Shown here in pieces: positions 1 to 14,000 of a stretch of 64,000 nucleotides of DNA. The position numbers were made by a program, and so were the translations under genes. The notes beneath the pieces were generated by a model, which worked only from the letters and a program-made list of their open reading frames with translations, did not search any database and was not told the DNA's origin. The stretch comes from Tubiluchus corallicola (taxonomy: Eukaryota > Animalia > Priapulida), in NCBI GenBank assembly GCA_030141605.1, contig JAQGDQ010002372.1, positions 62,001 to 126,000 of the forward strand, written 5' to 3'. Every line of letters starts with the position of its first letter. Positions within the stretch are counted from its first letter, which is position 1.

Positions 1-944
1 ATTGTGGGATTCTAAACTATTTTAGAATAATTCGGCGATGTAACGTGTGTCACAAGGTATATGAATCAGTTCATTTTTAACACCATTTCCTTCTTGTACA
101 GGTGCCATATGATTGCTTTCTTGTTGGAATAACCATAACACAATGTACCATAGGCAGTAATGCATTAACTTTAAAGTCATTCATGATTAAGTCATGATTA
201 AAAAATTACTGGTATTTTTGTCACTTATAAAAACTGTGTTCGTTGCTTTATAAATGCTTGCCACTTTGTAATGCAGTGTAAAATCGTTCTTCTCATTTTA
301 AACACCGTGTAGCTAAACATTTCTTCATCCATCCTACGTGAAACACTATTAGAATGGAAATACTAATTTTCCTTGAATCTAGCTAATCGTTTTTCTCATT
401 TAATGCTTTCCAGAAGAAATTCATTTATCAGTGTTTACTGTGGTCATTATCTGTTTTTCGGAAAAAATTAAATAGTGCGTATTTAAAGAAGACCTATTTA
501 TATATTAGAATGTAAGAAACCCCAAGTATGTAACCATACAACAATGCATAGGTTAAATCTATTTAATGGGCATCATACGTTTAACTGGCCTATTTGGATA
601 CTGAACGTCTGTGCAATGATCCGTGGTACCATGCAAAATTTCTGCCCGATAAAGCTGTATTAGGCTGATAACTTTCAAAGACAAATGTGACAACAACATC
701 AACAACAACAACAGCGTCACTTTGCACCGAATTTCTACAGTTTCTACACTTCATTATATAGAATGCCTAGGAAAATTTCAACAAAAACAATTGTTTAACT
801 TTCACGTTACCCAAAATTTATTCAGTATTCTATAAAATGCTTAGGAACAGTATATCTGAAACAAAAGAATGACATGCTTTGCCTAATAAAAATTCCGCAT
901 TATATTTAAGAGGAAAGGTGCAGAAGAATTTATCTTTGACACTT

Positions 945-1220
<276 letters not shown>

Positions 1221-2285
1221 GCCAGATAGACATACACCTTAATTTGTTTCAAACCTTTCGCCCTTATATCATAAAATACAAAAATAAAAAATTAAAAGCT
1301 ACCAACTACATGCCAATATATACACTGCCTCTATTTGCTGGCAGATAAGTTAATAATTATCTATCTATACTATTACTTCAAAAGTATTATGTACTTCGGA
1401 GAAGAAACGGCTAACGGGTAAAGGTATTATAAGTTTTGCGATTCAGTAATACATGCTGCGTAGCTTCGAGGTAAGTATGTGTTTTGGCCTTGGTTTTCTT
1501 TTGTCTAAAAGAAATCACAATGATAAGTTGCATAAGTGCGTTGTTTGTACCGGAAAATTGATTTGAATTTGAATTTCAGAAGTTCTTCCATGTAAAGCAG
1601 TACTTACAAACGTACAAAAAACAGATATATCCCTATACAAAAATTAGTAAAACACACTACTAATACAATGCGCACAATAATTTATGTCCAACACAATAAC
1701 TGATAATTTTGATAACACTAATATACTGGATAAAATTCCACTGCTCAGATCTATTAATCTACAAGTAAGTCATGCGTGATGAAAATGTTGTAATGCATCA
1801 ATTAGTGCAGCAATGAGACTAACGAGTTACAATGTAGAAATTAATCAAAATTCAGATCTAATGTTATTTTATTTATGCTATTGTATTAATGGCTAGTTAG
1901 AATTGAACCGAATTCTGCTAAGCTTACAAAGCATATTGCAATGTGCCATGCTAATTTTCTTTAATGTCTACATAGTAATTATTCTACATACTTTGTTATT
2001 TTTCATCATCAAGCCTAGAGAAAAATCTGTGTAGCAGTATGTTAACCTAATATATTAATGAATAAATAATTAAATAAATAAATAAATAATATAAATATAT
2101 ATATGCATTCATAAAAGCAGATAAATTTCGATGCTTAGTAATAGCTGTTTTTGTAAATGCGATTCTTTTTTTGTTGAATTTTTGTACAGCTTACATTGCT
2201 CTTTGTTATGAGCGTCGTCTGCGACGCGCAGTCCGCAAGGGTTTTAATGGATAATTTTATTTTTGTTCTTGTTTTTTTTTTATAG

Positions 2286-2539
2286 AAGACGAAGGTTTAA
2301 TCATTAATAAACGTTGTGCTCTCAGACCTTGCAATGTTCAACATCAGCAAGCCGTTGCATTAGGAATGGACTGCGGTTCACAATCAGGTGATCACTGGAA
2401 ATGCACAAGATGCTGCGAAGAAGACCTGTGCAATTTTAGCGCAGGAAAAAGTTTTTTGTCAAAATATACCATTAATAACTTAGCGGAAATATTCAGATTC
2501 GGCGCATTAATATTATTCGGTTGGTTAGCTTTTGTTTAA
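2286..2539 (+). CDS. Terminal exon of Ly6/uPAR (three-finger, LYPD6-like) protein, paralog 1; upstream exons not found in the window
   Basis: Polypyrimidine tract with acceptor AG at 2284-2285. Phase-1 exon translates DEGLIINKRCALRPCNVQHQQAVALGMDCGSQSGDHWKCTRCCEEDLCNFSAG...FRFGALILFGWLAFV*. It has the CCxxDxCN LU-domain terminus and a hydrophobic GPI-type tail, and is clearly homologous to exon 16633-16916. Confidence 0.88.
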
Positions 2540-3568
2540 GTATCTGTGTGTATTTTCCCTTAGTGAACTTTTGTGACAAGGTACGTTTTTTACAGCGCGG
2601 TGTAATATATAAATATTCTGTGTAAGAAAACACTTTTCTACAAGTTGTGTTCGTCCAATGAACTATGAATGATCTTTTTGGATGAGTAATTGTAATATTC
2701 TTTAATACTTATTATTGTGCCATTGATTTAATGTTGTTTGATAAAAATAAGTATGACTATTATAGTACCCGCTATTTGTGGGAATTTGCATAGAAACTTA
2801 GGCTGTACTCCTTATCTAACTAGTTAATAAGCAAATTACACAAGACATATAGGTAATTTTCAATGTTGTTAATTAATCACAATGCACTTATTATTTAGCG
2901 ATTCATTCTGACAACTTCACGAATACATGTGTTAGTAAATATTGCACAATGCTGTAAATAGCCAAGAATTTTTACGTGTTCATTTATATGTCACAATTTT
3001 ATTGCCACATGTTGAAAGGCCATGTGCTGACTTCCTATTGTGATGCTTGTTACAATTACAATTTCGTCACGCACTTCAAGACTCACTTAGAGCACGTTTA
3101 TACTGCGTAACACTACTACTCACTATGTTCATCCTGCCATCTGTGGTTAATTTTCTTCAACTAATTCTTGTTCGGAAAATTATTGTTTGCTTACAACGGA
3201 TGTTCACTGTTTTGTGAGCGAATTTTAATGTATATAAATTTACACGAAATACACTGCTCTGCTTATGTATTTTTTTCAAAATTAAAAAATGTCTCGTTAG
3301 TTTGTAAGGCTGTTCAAACATTTCGAATTGAAGATTTTAGTTTGTTGAGGGTGGAAAAGTACTAGAATTTCCTGCATAAGTCGTTCAAAAACTTGTTTGC
3401 TGATCATTGTGTATGTTTGTAAATACGAGTAATTAAGGCTGGATTTTGGGAAAAATATGTTTTTTAATTTTATAATAATTTTTAACAACTGCAGAGTACT
3501 ATTAAATATTATTAAACGGCTATTTTTATTAAGTGCAGTACTGCATATGGTAGCTTCAATCTACTTAT

Positions 3569-4015
3569 ATACTGCACGAGAATTGGAATCGGGTTATGGG
3601 GTCTGACACGGTTGTCCCGATGATTTGACTCAACTCCCTCGGTGACTCAAGTTCCCCGGTTTGATAAAAATTTGGCACAAGCGTACAACGAATACTTACA
3701 AGCAAAGACAAATACTTACTCCATATTTTCGTCATCGTCATCACCAAATCATCATCATTATCGTCGTCGTCATCATCGTCATCATCATCATCATCCAGCA
3801 CTATACATTTATTTTTTGATTATAGGCCTACCATATTAACTAACTAGGCAAGCGATGTAGGCATTTATAGGCATATAATTTGTGTACGAATTTTAAATTT
3901 TTGATTAATGAGTGAAAATGAACGGTTATTTTTATAACTCTACAAATGATTTGTAAAAAAGGGAAAAACCGGTTGACACGGTTTACTAGACCCGGTTCCA
4001 ACTCCGTGCCGTGTA
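3569..4015. mobile_element. MITE with terminal inverted repeats, TA-flanked
   Basis: Left end tatactgcacgagaattggaatcgggt is an imperfect inverted repeat of right end acccggttccaactccgtgccgtgta. No coding capacity. Confidence 0.6.
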
Positions 4016-6039
4016 TTACATTCGTTATTTGGGAGCTCTTAAACTATTTTTAGCAAAATCCTCTTTTTGGTATCTCAGATATGCATCGATCAACTCGATT
4101 GCTTACCTTTTAAGTTTAGATAAGTTTGTAACTGCTTGCCGAATTTTGATGAAAATAACTCCACCGGTTCGTTTTTCCGGCGCAATCTATTCAGCAGTAT
4201 TAGTTTGATCAAAATCTAGTGACAGATCGCAATTTTTTTAGCATTTGATGTGGATTCGTCGTTCACTTGCCGGCCAAACATCAGCTTTCAATAAAACAAT
4301 GTATTTGATTTGTTTGTATAATATACGACCAAAACTGCTTACTACTGAGAATATTGGCATGATTAGATTCATATTGTGGTAAATGGAACTTTTTAAATAC
4401 AGTTTTAAATAGTGAGCATCACTACTCGGTATAATTAATATTAGTTTACTCTTTTTCTTTTAATAATCGAATACACTAATTATATAGAGAGATAAACACG
4501 TGTATTACGCCTTATTGCACCAAATGTTTTTCGTAATATTTTACATGCCTTTTCAGCAATTACAAGTTTAACTTTGTAATGCATAATAATTTCAAAAAGG
4601 CAAACACTAAATCATTCTATCGGACAGTCGGGCTGGTGGTCGCTTAGGGTGCTAAAATTGTTTTTACTAACGTTTTTATCCATAAGTATTCAGGCAGTAC
4701 GGTATGGGCTTTGCGCTAAGTTTAACTAGGAGATGTGTGTGTTCTTATATTGCAGCGACTATTCGTGGTTAAAATTATCTATATTTGTTGTATTTCTGGC
4801 TCTCGTATATATATATTGTTATATATGTTGTCTGCGGTGATATTCGTATGATGTGAATAAAAATCGATGTTTTAATCTATAGATCTGATGTAGTGTAATC
4901 AAAAGAATTATAATTGTTGGTACTTACATGCGTAGATTAACAGGTAACATGTTGTTACAATCATTATTAATATTATGGTTTGTCCAACTGCATAGGAAAG
5001 GATATATCACATAACAATTAACCTTTTTGTTTTTTGGATCTAGTGAATAGGTAAGACTGTTTTAATCTGTATTCTGTCTTAATAGTAATAAGTGACCATC
5101 ACATCTATAAAGAGCAAACTTTAAATATAATGGTTTATTATATATGTGCTACAGCTGATGTACACATTTTGATAGTTCGCCATAATTGCAGTAATAGTGT
5201 TCCATGGCTGCAAAATTTGTAATCTAAAGTAAATTTATAAAAAAATATTGTCAAGTTGTGAGCGTTGACGAAGTTAAAGGCAAAATTTAAATGAAACAGT
5301 AGCATAAAATTTGTTTTGAACTGATTTCCAGGGTTCGCAAGTGTGTCTGCTCTGAGCTAGATGGCCTTGATTTGTAGGACAGAATCAATAAAGCGTTTAT
5401 ACGGAAGTCGCTGTTACTCAGAGTCAGAGAAGCTGCAGAAAAGGAGAGCATCCATACGGGGGAATGTGGCAGTCTTGTCTTGTCAAAGAAGTTAACTGTC
5501 TACACTTGAAGGATTTTTGAACTACTTTGTGAAAGCCCAGATGAACTGTTTATGAGTGTTACATACGCTGACTTTTCACTTCTGTTAGTATTTTCAAAAA
5601 TACTGAAAGTCGACCAAACTTGCAAGCAGCGTGTGACATGGCATTGTGTGGAGGGATGCATCATTCGTATAGGCAGTTCTTTTTTTTATGTACCGCTTTA
5701 TTCTTTGTCTCAACAAGTAAGTAAAATCACTAGCTTTTGTCGATTTTTCTACAGCGAATCTTTATTATTTCGTTTTCGGTGTATATGACAGTTTTACTCA
5801 TTGTCTATAGGTAATACGGTATAATAAAGAATTGGAATTTAGTAACTTTATGGTATGCAACGAGAAGATAGAAATCACGGAAATGTATAGAAGCAAAGCA
5901 ATCTCTATATCATTCAAATAACTAATTTAATTGTCAAATATTTTTTGTACAACGTCTTGAAATTCAACAAGGTTTATCAGTATTAATGATATTTCGGGAA
6001 ACCACTGCTCCCTTCACCAGGTTACATAAAATGTGTTTG

Positions 6040-6610
6040 TGTGACACCATTGTCTTTGTCTTTATTAACAATAGCATTCCTTTTTTAATCATGGCTCACT
6101 TACTGATATCGTCTAGACATGTCCTTTGCTGCCTTCTTCTAGTACTTCTCCCTGCGATTTCTTTCATCTGTCTCTGTATCAGTTCGCTATACCTTAAAGC
6201 ATGTCCACAATATTAAGCTTTCTTCTTGACGATGATATCCCAGCAGGTTTTTTCTCCTTTAACGTTCCTGTCACTTTTTCATTTCGTGACTTTTCTTCTC
6301 TAACTGACGTTCAGCATGCTTCAGTAACAGCACATTTCTAAGACTTCCAGTCGCTTACTTGTGCCTGCTTACTTCAGTGTCCATCCGTCCATGTAGCAAA
6401 ACTGACCAACATAACATGCGTCATTTTCCTGTCGTTACACTAATCTTTTGATTTCATATAAACTTTCTTAACTTCGCAAACTAAGTCTGCACTTTTGCAT
6501 TTTATTTCCTTCTCATAACTGCCGTTTTTTGTTACTTTCCCAACTCCTCAAATAGCAAGAATGCTCTGCCTGTCCATTATCTCCGCCATCGATATTTAAC
6601 TTCATTGTTT
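6040..6610 (-). mobile_element. Degenerate RTE-type LINE 3' fragment
   Basis: The minus strand resembles the RTE ORF2 C-terminus (GHV.R / G.R.R-like remnants around tctagacatgtcctttgctgcc). Heavily decayed, and the family call is tentative. Confidence 0.4.
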
Positions 6611-7475
6611 TCTACTTTCCCTCCTGATGGATGTGCAATCTCGTGGACAATGGATGGATATTAAAAAAACAGTAAGTATGCACCAAAGTGGTTTGGGGGA
6701 CCACAAGTGGCCGTTTCCTTGGATGAAATCTTCTTGAATGAGGAAAGTGACGATGATGGTGGTGATGACGATGTTTTGGTGACGATGTGATTATTAGTGA
6801 AGATGCAATTGGTGACGAGGAAAATTAAAATTATGACCATACTAATGGTTTTTGTTACTAAAGATTTTGCGATTGAGTTTAAAATTTATATTTATATTTA
6901 AAATTACAGTTATATTTTCTATAGTTACAATATTGTTCCAATTAGTGTTTAATATTCAGTTAATTCTCTTATTAATGGAATATTAAATTTATTTCAGTAA
7001 CTTGTTTGACGTAAATACGGTATTACGCAACTTTTGATCTCTTATAATCGTTGTCCAGTACAGGTCGTCTGATTTTTAATTTGTCCCGCCAACCTCATTA
7101 GGATTGGACATTTTTCAAACAGTACAATGTCCCCTACACTTTGGCAGAAAAATTAACCATGTACTTTATGGTGTAATTTTCGGCCCTCTGACCGCTAACC
7201 ATAATGGTGAGATTCCATATTGCCCGAGCAGTTCTCGTCAGATTTGGTGTTTTTTAATTCACGATAGTACCACCTACAATTGTAGACATCTAGCCATGTA
7301 CCCTATGATGCAATTTTTGGCCCCTTTTGAGGATACCTATTGTTTCCACCCCGAACGCCCCAAAACTCCTTGTAAGACGGGCAGTTTTATGAAAGCGTAG
7401 ACTAGTACTCAGATGCCCAAACCTTTTGTTCCTTATCATGTCCTTATTTCGTCTAGGACTTTTTCTTCTGGAACT

Positions 7476-7718
7476 ATTTGGACACATGGGTCATTTGGAC
7501 GCAAGGTACTTTGGACACATAGATCATTTAGATACAAGGCAGTTTGGACATATAGGTCATTTGGACACATAGGACATCTGGTCTGAAGGCACTTTGGACA
7601 CATATGACATTTGGACACTAGGTGTTTTTCACGCAGTATTCAGAAGCGTAGATAATTTTTGTCCAAATTATCTATGTGTCGAAGTAGCCCGTGTCGAAAT
7701 GACCCATGTGTCCAAATT
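7476..7718. mobile_element. Short non-autonomous DNA element with TIRs and internal tttggacac subrepeats
   Basis: atttggacacatgggtcattt (7476) is inverted as aaatgacccatgtgtccaaat (~7697-7718). About 9 tandem copies of (a/c)tttggaca(c/t) lie between 7476 and 7620. Confidence 0.65.
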
Positions 7719-7788
7719 GCAGCAGAAGCAGCATCAGCAGCAGCAGAAGCAACAACAGCAGCAGCACCACCAGCAGCAGCAGCAGCAG
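7719..7788. repeat. (CAG/CAA)n trinucleotide repeat
   Basis: Directly visible. Confidence 0.9.
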
Positions 7789-8064
7789 TTAAATTTTGAG
7801 GCGGATATGGTCTGTTTTACTTCTATTTGTGCCAAAAAAGAGTTAGACGTACATTTCTAAGTTTGTTTGCATTGACGGAGTCTGCGCTTTACTGAGCAAC
7901 GCTCTAGTTCAATGACGTTTTGCCAGATTTAATATAAAAAGATCTGTAATTTAACTTTGGTGATACTGCGCTCAAAAAAGCTATAAAGCATACAAGTGTT
8001 AGTGATCATTTGTTACTGCAAGTTAAGACACCTAAAGACATTTTTTATAATTATAAAATTATTA

Positions 8065-11000
8065 ATGATGCTGAAATTAAAAGCTTGGGAACTTGTTCTG
8101 TTGCTAGTCGTGTACTCTGTTGCAAAAGGTTTTGTCCCCCTTACATCTGCTGCCCCTATAACTGAAACGTCACTTTAGACTGACTTGCAATTTGTAAATT
8201 TGTAAATCGAAGTAGCTCCATTCAAATGACGGTTTTTTACAATTATAAAATATTCTTAACAGTTAATATGTGAATGAAATTTCAAGCCCTTTCAGTTTCA
8301 TTTACAAAGTAAGACGTGTTAATTAGACACAGTTCGTATAAATGAAAACACGTTAAACGCAGACATGTGGTAGTGGTATTTCGGATTTATCGTCACACTA
8401 TAATGGCATACTGGTCTACTGGAATCTAATTCTCACAAATGCAATTTAAACCCTTTGAGATTTGCTGGCGGCTGACTCTGCAGATGCTGAGTTACATTGA
8501 GTAAATAATTGTAGACTATTATTTCGTGAACCATTCATCACGCCATCGTGAATCATTTCTAGACTAAACATTTCTCAAATTCTTTCATAATTAATCGTTT
8601 TTAGGCAAGAACATCTTCCCACACAAGTGCTCGTTTTGCCATAAATTTTCTGAAGCTTGCTGGGAATAATTACGTTTCACAATTATGTACAATATGTGTA
8701 TTTTCATAATTATGTTTATTAATAAAATTACGGTGCTTTTCGTCAAACGGTGTTGGGTTTAAACAAGTGTTTGCAACGTGTTGAAGGCCGTATGTTAAGG
8801 CATGTGTCGCAAATTCCAGATATTGATTGTTTCACGACATGTAATGCTCATAATAAAACCGACTGAATAAAATGTGTGTTTTCATTTTCTTGATATTTTA
8901 TTATAGAACTTACAATGAAAAGGTTCAAAAGGAACAAAACACAAGCACTGCTGTTCATATTAATTAAAATCATCAAGTTTTTGGTGCTCATACAGCTCCA
9001 ATATCAGCAAGCTTAGGCCCGCGCAATTTTCTGTTGCACAACTAATTGTTGCAAAATCTGTAAATAACTGAAATCTACGGAGAAGAAATAACTGAAGAAC
9101 TAAAAAGTTACAAGCTGAACTCAAACTTTTAGTTGCGCAACTATTTTGTAATGTACTGTTTTCAATGGGGGCGTGCAGATATACAATTTTTAATTCCGCA
9201 ACTTTTAACCAAACACAATATTTAAGTGCAAGAATAAGGCAGCGCCTTATGAAAAGGTTCTATTAAGCGTACATTAGAGAGAAATGAAAAACAAATTAGA
9301 TACATAATTCTTTTTGTTATTGCTACCATCCTTTAGGATGTTCAGTGACAAATTCGGAAATTGGAGACCAAAACATTTACTGAAAAGTGAAAAGTGAACA
9401 GCGCACACAAACACGTCTTACTACAAGCAATTAAAATCTTTCTGCTGCCTTTTTCGAATTTTTTCCTACTATTGCGATCTTTTACAATGACAGACACCTC
9501 TTATAAGACAGACAAAACGGGCAATAAGAGAAGACCAAAGATAAAAGTCTTGGTGTTGGAGATGGTTTTATTTCTGCACTTAATGTCGAGATAGATAATG
9601 TGCAACCCAATAGTACGCAGCAGTTCATCAAAACTATTTGGACTCATACGATAATAACTAAATAATTCAGTCGAATGAGCCCGTCTGCCGTGATAGAGCT
9701 TATAAAATTACCTTTTCAGTAATCGGTGGCTATTTATTAGGCGGGCCAAGTGTTTCCGGTGTGCATTTGTCTTTTATGAATTAATAATATACAAATACAT
9801 GCAAACTTTTCAAGCTCCATAGCACCAGCCTGGCAATTAACAATTGCGTGTGTGTGCGCTCGATTTCGGTACACCAGTAAAATTGCCGCAGTTTTCAATT
9901 GTACAACTTTTAATTGCGCTGCGAGGGCCCACAACTGGCGGTAAGGCGCTTGAAGACGTTACTTGTATTTATGCATTATTAATTTACAAAAAGACAGAAA
10001 CGTCGAAAGTAGTGGGGCAGGTATTACTGAAAGGACAATTTTACAAGTTCTATGACGACTTACGGGCTCATCCGAGTAAATTTCTTAGTTATTAGGTTTC
10101 TGTTCTCATATTCAGGTAACTATCTGTCATGGAAAACAACAATGCTACAAAATCCCTATCTTCCATTTTCCAGTAAAAGTTTCTATGCGTCTGGAGTTTT
10201 TTAACAAACAATGCAAAATGAGCGAAATTCGCGGCAGCAATAGCTGCAGCATGCCTAACGTGTTCGCAGGAAGTGTTCACTCAAACTTCGTATTTTGATC
10301 TTCATTTTCTGAATTTGTCACAGAATTTCTTGAAAGACAATAGCAGAGATAGTAACAATGATTTATCTTCATTAATTTGTTTTTCTTTTCTTTTGTACCT
10401 TTAATTATGCCCTTCATAAGGTGCTGTTTTTTCTCACGCTTAACTATTGTGTTTTGTTTACAAATTGCATGTCTGCGCGCTTGTCGGAAACTCGTTTCCG
10501 AAGTAAGCAAATTACTATTTGCTCTGTATAAATAATTGTACGAAGTACTTAAAGAAAGAGTACATAATTACTTCTGTAGTTTTATTGTGCAAGTATGTAT
10601 GTAGTAAACCTGTCTTATCGCATCACTAGCCATGTAATTGTTAGGCAGGAAACAACTTGTTGGGGGAAAAAACTGACGTCTCTGAAAGTTGACGGAATAG
10701 GTCCCTACGTTAAGAGGAAAAGCTATCTCTTAACTTAATATGGACTAACTGTAATTAAAAGGAAGTTGACTTTTCCTTGCGTATAGAAGGCTGTTTTCCT
10801 CATGTAATAAAAACACTCGGGAGTAAAGAATCCCATGGTGATATATTGAATTGTTAATTTCGTGACGTTGGCTAACACTATTTAGTTTTATTTACAGGTC
10901 TTGTTGTGAAGTTATTATATTGTTATGTTATGTCTTATATATGAAGTGATAATGTAAATAAGTACATTATGATGTTTTTAACTCATTTGTTTAACTTTAG

Positions 11001-14000
11001 GTAATTAGTTTGATACATCGATTCTCCCGCCTTCTCTAAGCTAAACGTGAAATAAGCGAGATTAAGAACCAAAATAAATTCCCCGTTCTCGGCCTGATAC
11101 CAGATTTTATTCTTGTTCTCGCCAGCGCTCTCATTTAAACTTGAAAATTACAAAACGGTTGTTGCGCAACTAAAAGTTTGACCCCGTTTGCAACTTTTCA
11201 TCGCGCAATTTCTAGTTACATCTAACTGCGCACTCTAATCAGTAGCTTTTCAGCGGTCTTCAGTGTAGTAACACTTGTACGCGTTGACTGTACAATAAAC
11301 GCTTCTTTTTATTGTTTTCAAATGTGCAACTCTACATTACAAGTCCGACATCATGGCGATATGTAATATTGTATGACAATACTATAAAATCGTTGGAACA
11401 GCAGGCTTCTTAAGAAATGAGCAAAATTACTACTTGACGCTTGGAATCCAATATCCCTACAGCAACCCATATAAGCGAATAATGTAGGCTAGAAGAGCAT
11501 TGGTTTCACAACGAGCGCCGTATTGATCGCATAATCATCCCGCTTCCTTCAAAATGTCCCGTGAGAAATGCCGAGAATGTTTTTGTTTTATTGCGTCCTT
11601 TTCCTGGCGATTAACGACTGGACCGCTCTAGCTGAGTATGTCCATTGCGATTGTAATGTTGGGAATTAAACTGCAATATGATGGCTTTGCTTGCCGGTGC
11701 AGTGGCAAGCTATTAATATTTGGCTCTCGTGGCCTGCTCCAGAACATGAAAGGACTTCATGTAAGTTGTCGAGGTCGAAGTTACGTAGTTGCAATGATAT
11801 TTAGTTAACACCGCTATAAGTAAAGAGTTGTTTTGGTGAACATAGATAACTTACGTTTATAACATTGCTCGAAGCTTCCAAAATCTCTGGGGTGCTTTGA
11901 AATGAAAACAGGGTTTCCCGTTTCTATAGAAAGTACGACCACCACTTTTACCGCTGTTTATGGTACCCATGTTCAAGTGGCTGAAAGCAAAATTATTGCT
12001 TATCCATTATAGCATCTCTCTTTTGGGTGCATTATGAAGTGCATGCGTTTTATGGTACGAATCATAAGACAAAATTACCACTGAGCAGAGTGGAATTAAT
12101 TCCACATTATGATGTCCAGTCAGACTTGTGTATAAAATCTGGTGGTAACAGCGTTCATTTGTGACTTAAAGATATTCACAAAAATGTATACAATAGTTTT
12201 TACAGAAAACTAATGCTATTTGCAGTTAAGCTAGAGGTTCCAACATAAGCTATTATATCGTTGAGTTTGTTTTCATTTCTCAAGTAGAAAACGCAAGGAA
12301 AGTGACGCATGGAACTGCTGTCAGAAAATCAGAAAATTTACGATTTTTTCTCGAAATCCCTATGCAACAAAAATGTTTATTTCACAGTGAAAACGCGCGC
12401 CCTGTACAACAACATTGCGAGTTACAGGCATGTAGGCATATTAGGAGCATTTCACCGTGACGCCTCATGAGGATGAGTTTTTGTTTTATTGCCAGAATGT
12501 TTTTGTTTTATTGCGTCCTTTTCCTGGCGATTAACGACTGGACCGCTCTAGCTGAGTATGTCCATTGCGATTGTAATGTTGGGAATTAAAGTGCAATATG
12601 ATGGCTTTGCTTGCCGGTGCAGTGGCAAGCTATTAATATTTGGCTCTCGTGGCCTGCTCCAGAACATGAAAGGACTTCATGTAAGTTGTCGAGGTCGAAG
12701 TTACGTAGTTGCAATGATATTTAGTTAACACCGCTATAAGTAAAGAGTTGTTTTGGTGAACATAGATAACTTACGTTTATAACATTGCTCGAAGCTTCCA
12801 AAATCTCTGGGGTGCTTTGAAATGAAAACAGGGTTTCCCGTTTCTATAGAAAGTACGACCACCACTTTTACCGCTGTTTATGGTACCCATGTTCAAGTGG
12901 CTGAAAGCAAAATTATTGCTTATCCATTATAGCATCTCTCTTTTGGGTGCATTATGAAGTGCATGCGTTTTATGGTACGAATCATAAGACAAAATTACCA
13001 CTGAGCAGAGTGGAATTAATTCCACATTATGATGTCCAGTCAGACTTGTGTATAAAATCTGGTGGTAACAGCGTTCATTTGTGACTTAAAGATATTCACA
13101 AAAATGTATACAATAGTTTTTACAGAAAACTAATGCTATTTGCAGTTAAGCTAGAGGTTCCAACATAAGCTATTATATCGTTGAGTTTGTTTTCATTTCT
13201 CAAGTAGAAAACGCAAGGAAAGTGACGCATGGAACTGCTGTCAGAAAATCAGAAAATTTACGATTTTTTCTCGAAATCCCTATGCAACAAAAATGTTTAT
13301 TTCACAGTGAAAACGCGCGCCCTGTACAACAACATTGCGAGTTACAGGCATGTAGGCATATTAGGAGCATTTCACCGTGACGCCTCATGAGGATTTTCCT
13401 CGTGAGCAATTTTGCTGCCAGCTAGAAGGTATGCGTCCTTCTCACGACGAAAGTTGCCGCACTGTAGAAATCCTGCATGTTCTATTTTCGTGAGGAATCC
13501 TCGTGGAATTACGATTAAAATTTAACTGCTCAATTACTTCTTTCTTGTTTAACGAACAACAATTAACACATTTTAACATAAAATTATAAGGATTTAATCT
13601 CTCTTTTAACAGAAGAGACGATTTTGTGTGTTATTTTTTGTAATAGCCATGGTCATTTCTCTTGATCGTCTTTCAAATGCCCATACAAGGTTGGAACAAC
13701 ACCACGGTGCTCTATTGATTCGTTAATTGGGTTCCGTCAATAACGATGGTAATTAATACTATCGTAATTATAGTTAACAGTTAGTAAAAACATGACGTCG
13801 TCTTCATTATCCATGTTGACGATCGAGTAATAGCTGTAAACCTGCAACTCGCAAAGTAGCTGCAACTAACTGGACGAGCGGAAAAAAACGCACATTGAAA
13901 TGTTTTTTTTTCTGAAAATTTTCTGATTTTCTGACAGCAATTTCGTGTGTCATTTTCTTTGCGTCCTCACTGTGAAATGGGCCTTACTCGTCAACATAGA

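Noticed and set aside
1390-1476. Strong donor GAG|GTAAGT at 1471 as the missing middle exon of Ly6 paralog 1
   Set aside because: The required phase-1 frame has a TAG at 1461-1463 and no LxCYxC motif. The exon probably lies before the window.
7476-7620. Regularly spaced tttggacac repeats resembling a CRISPR array
   Set aside because: Units are only ~15 nt with no unique 30-nt spacers or cas genes. They are bounded by TIRs in eukaryotic DNA, so they are transposon subterminal repeats.
7594-7860. PolyQ ORF
   Set aside because: It spans a MITE end plus a CAG repeat and has no true ATG or exon context.
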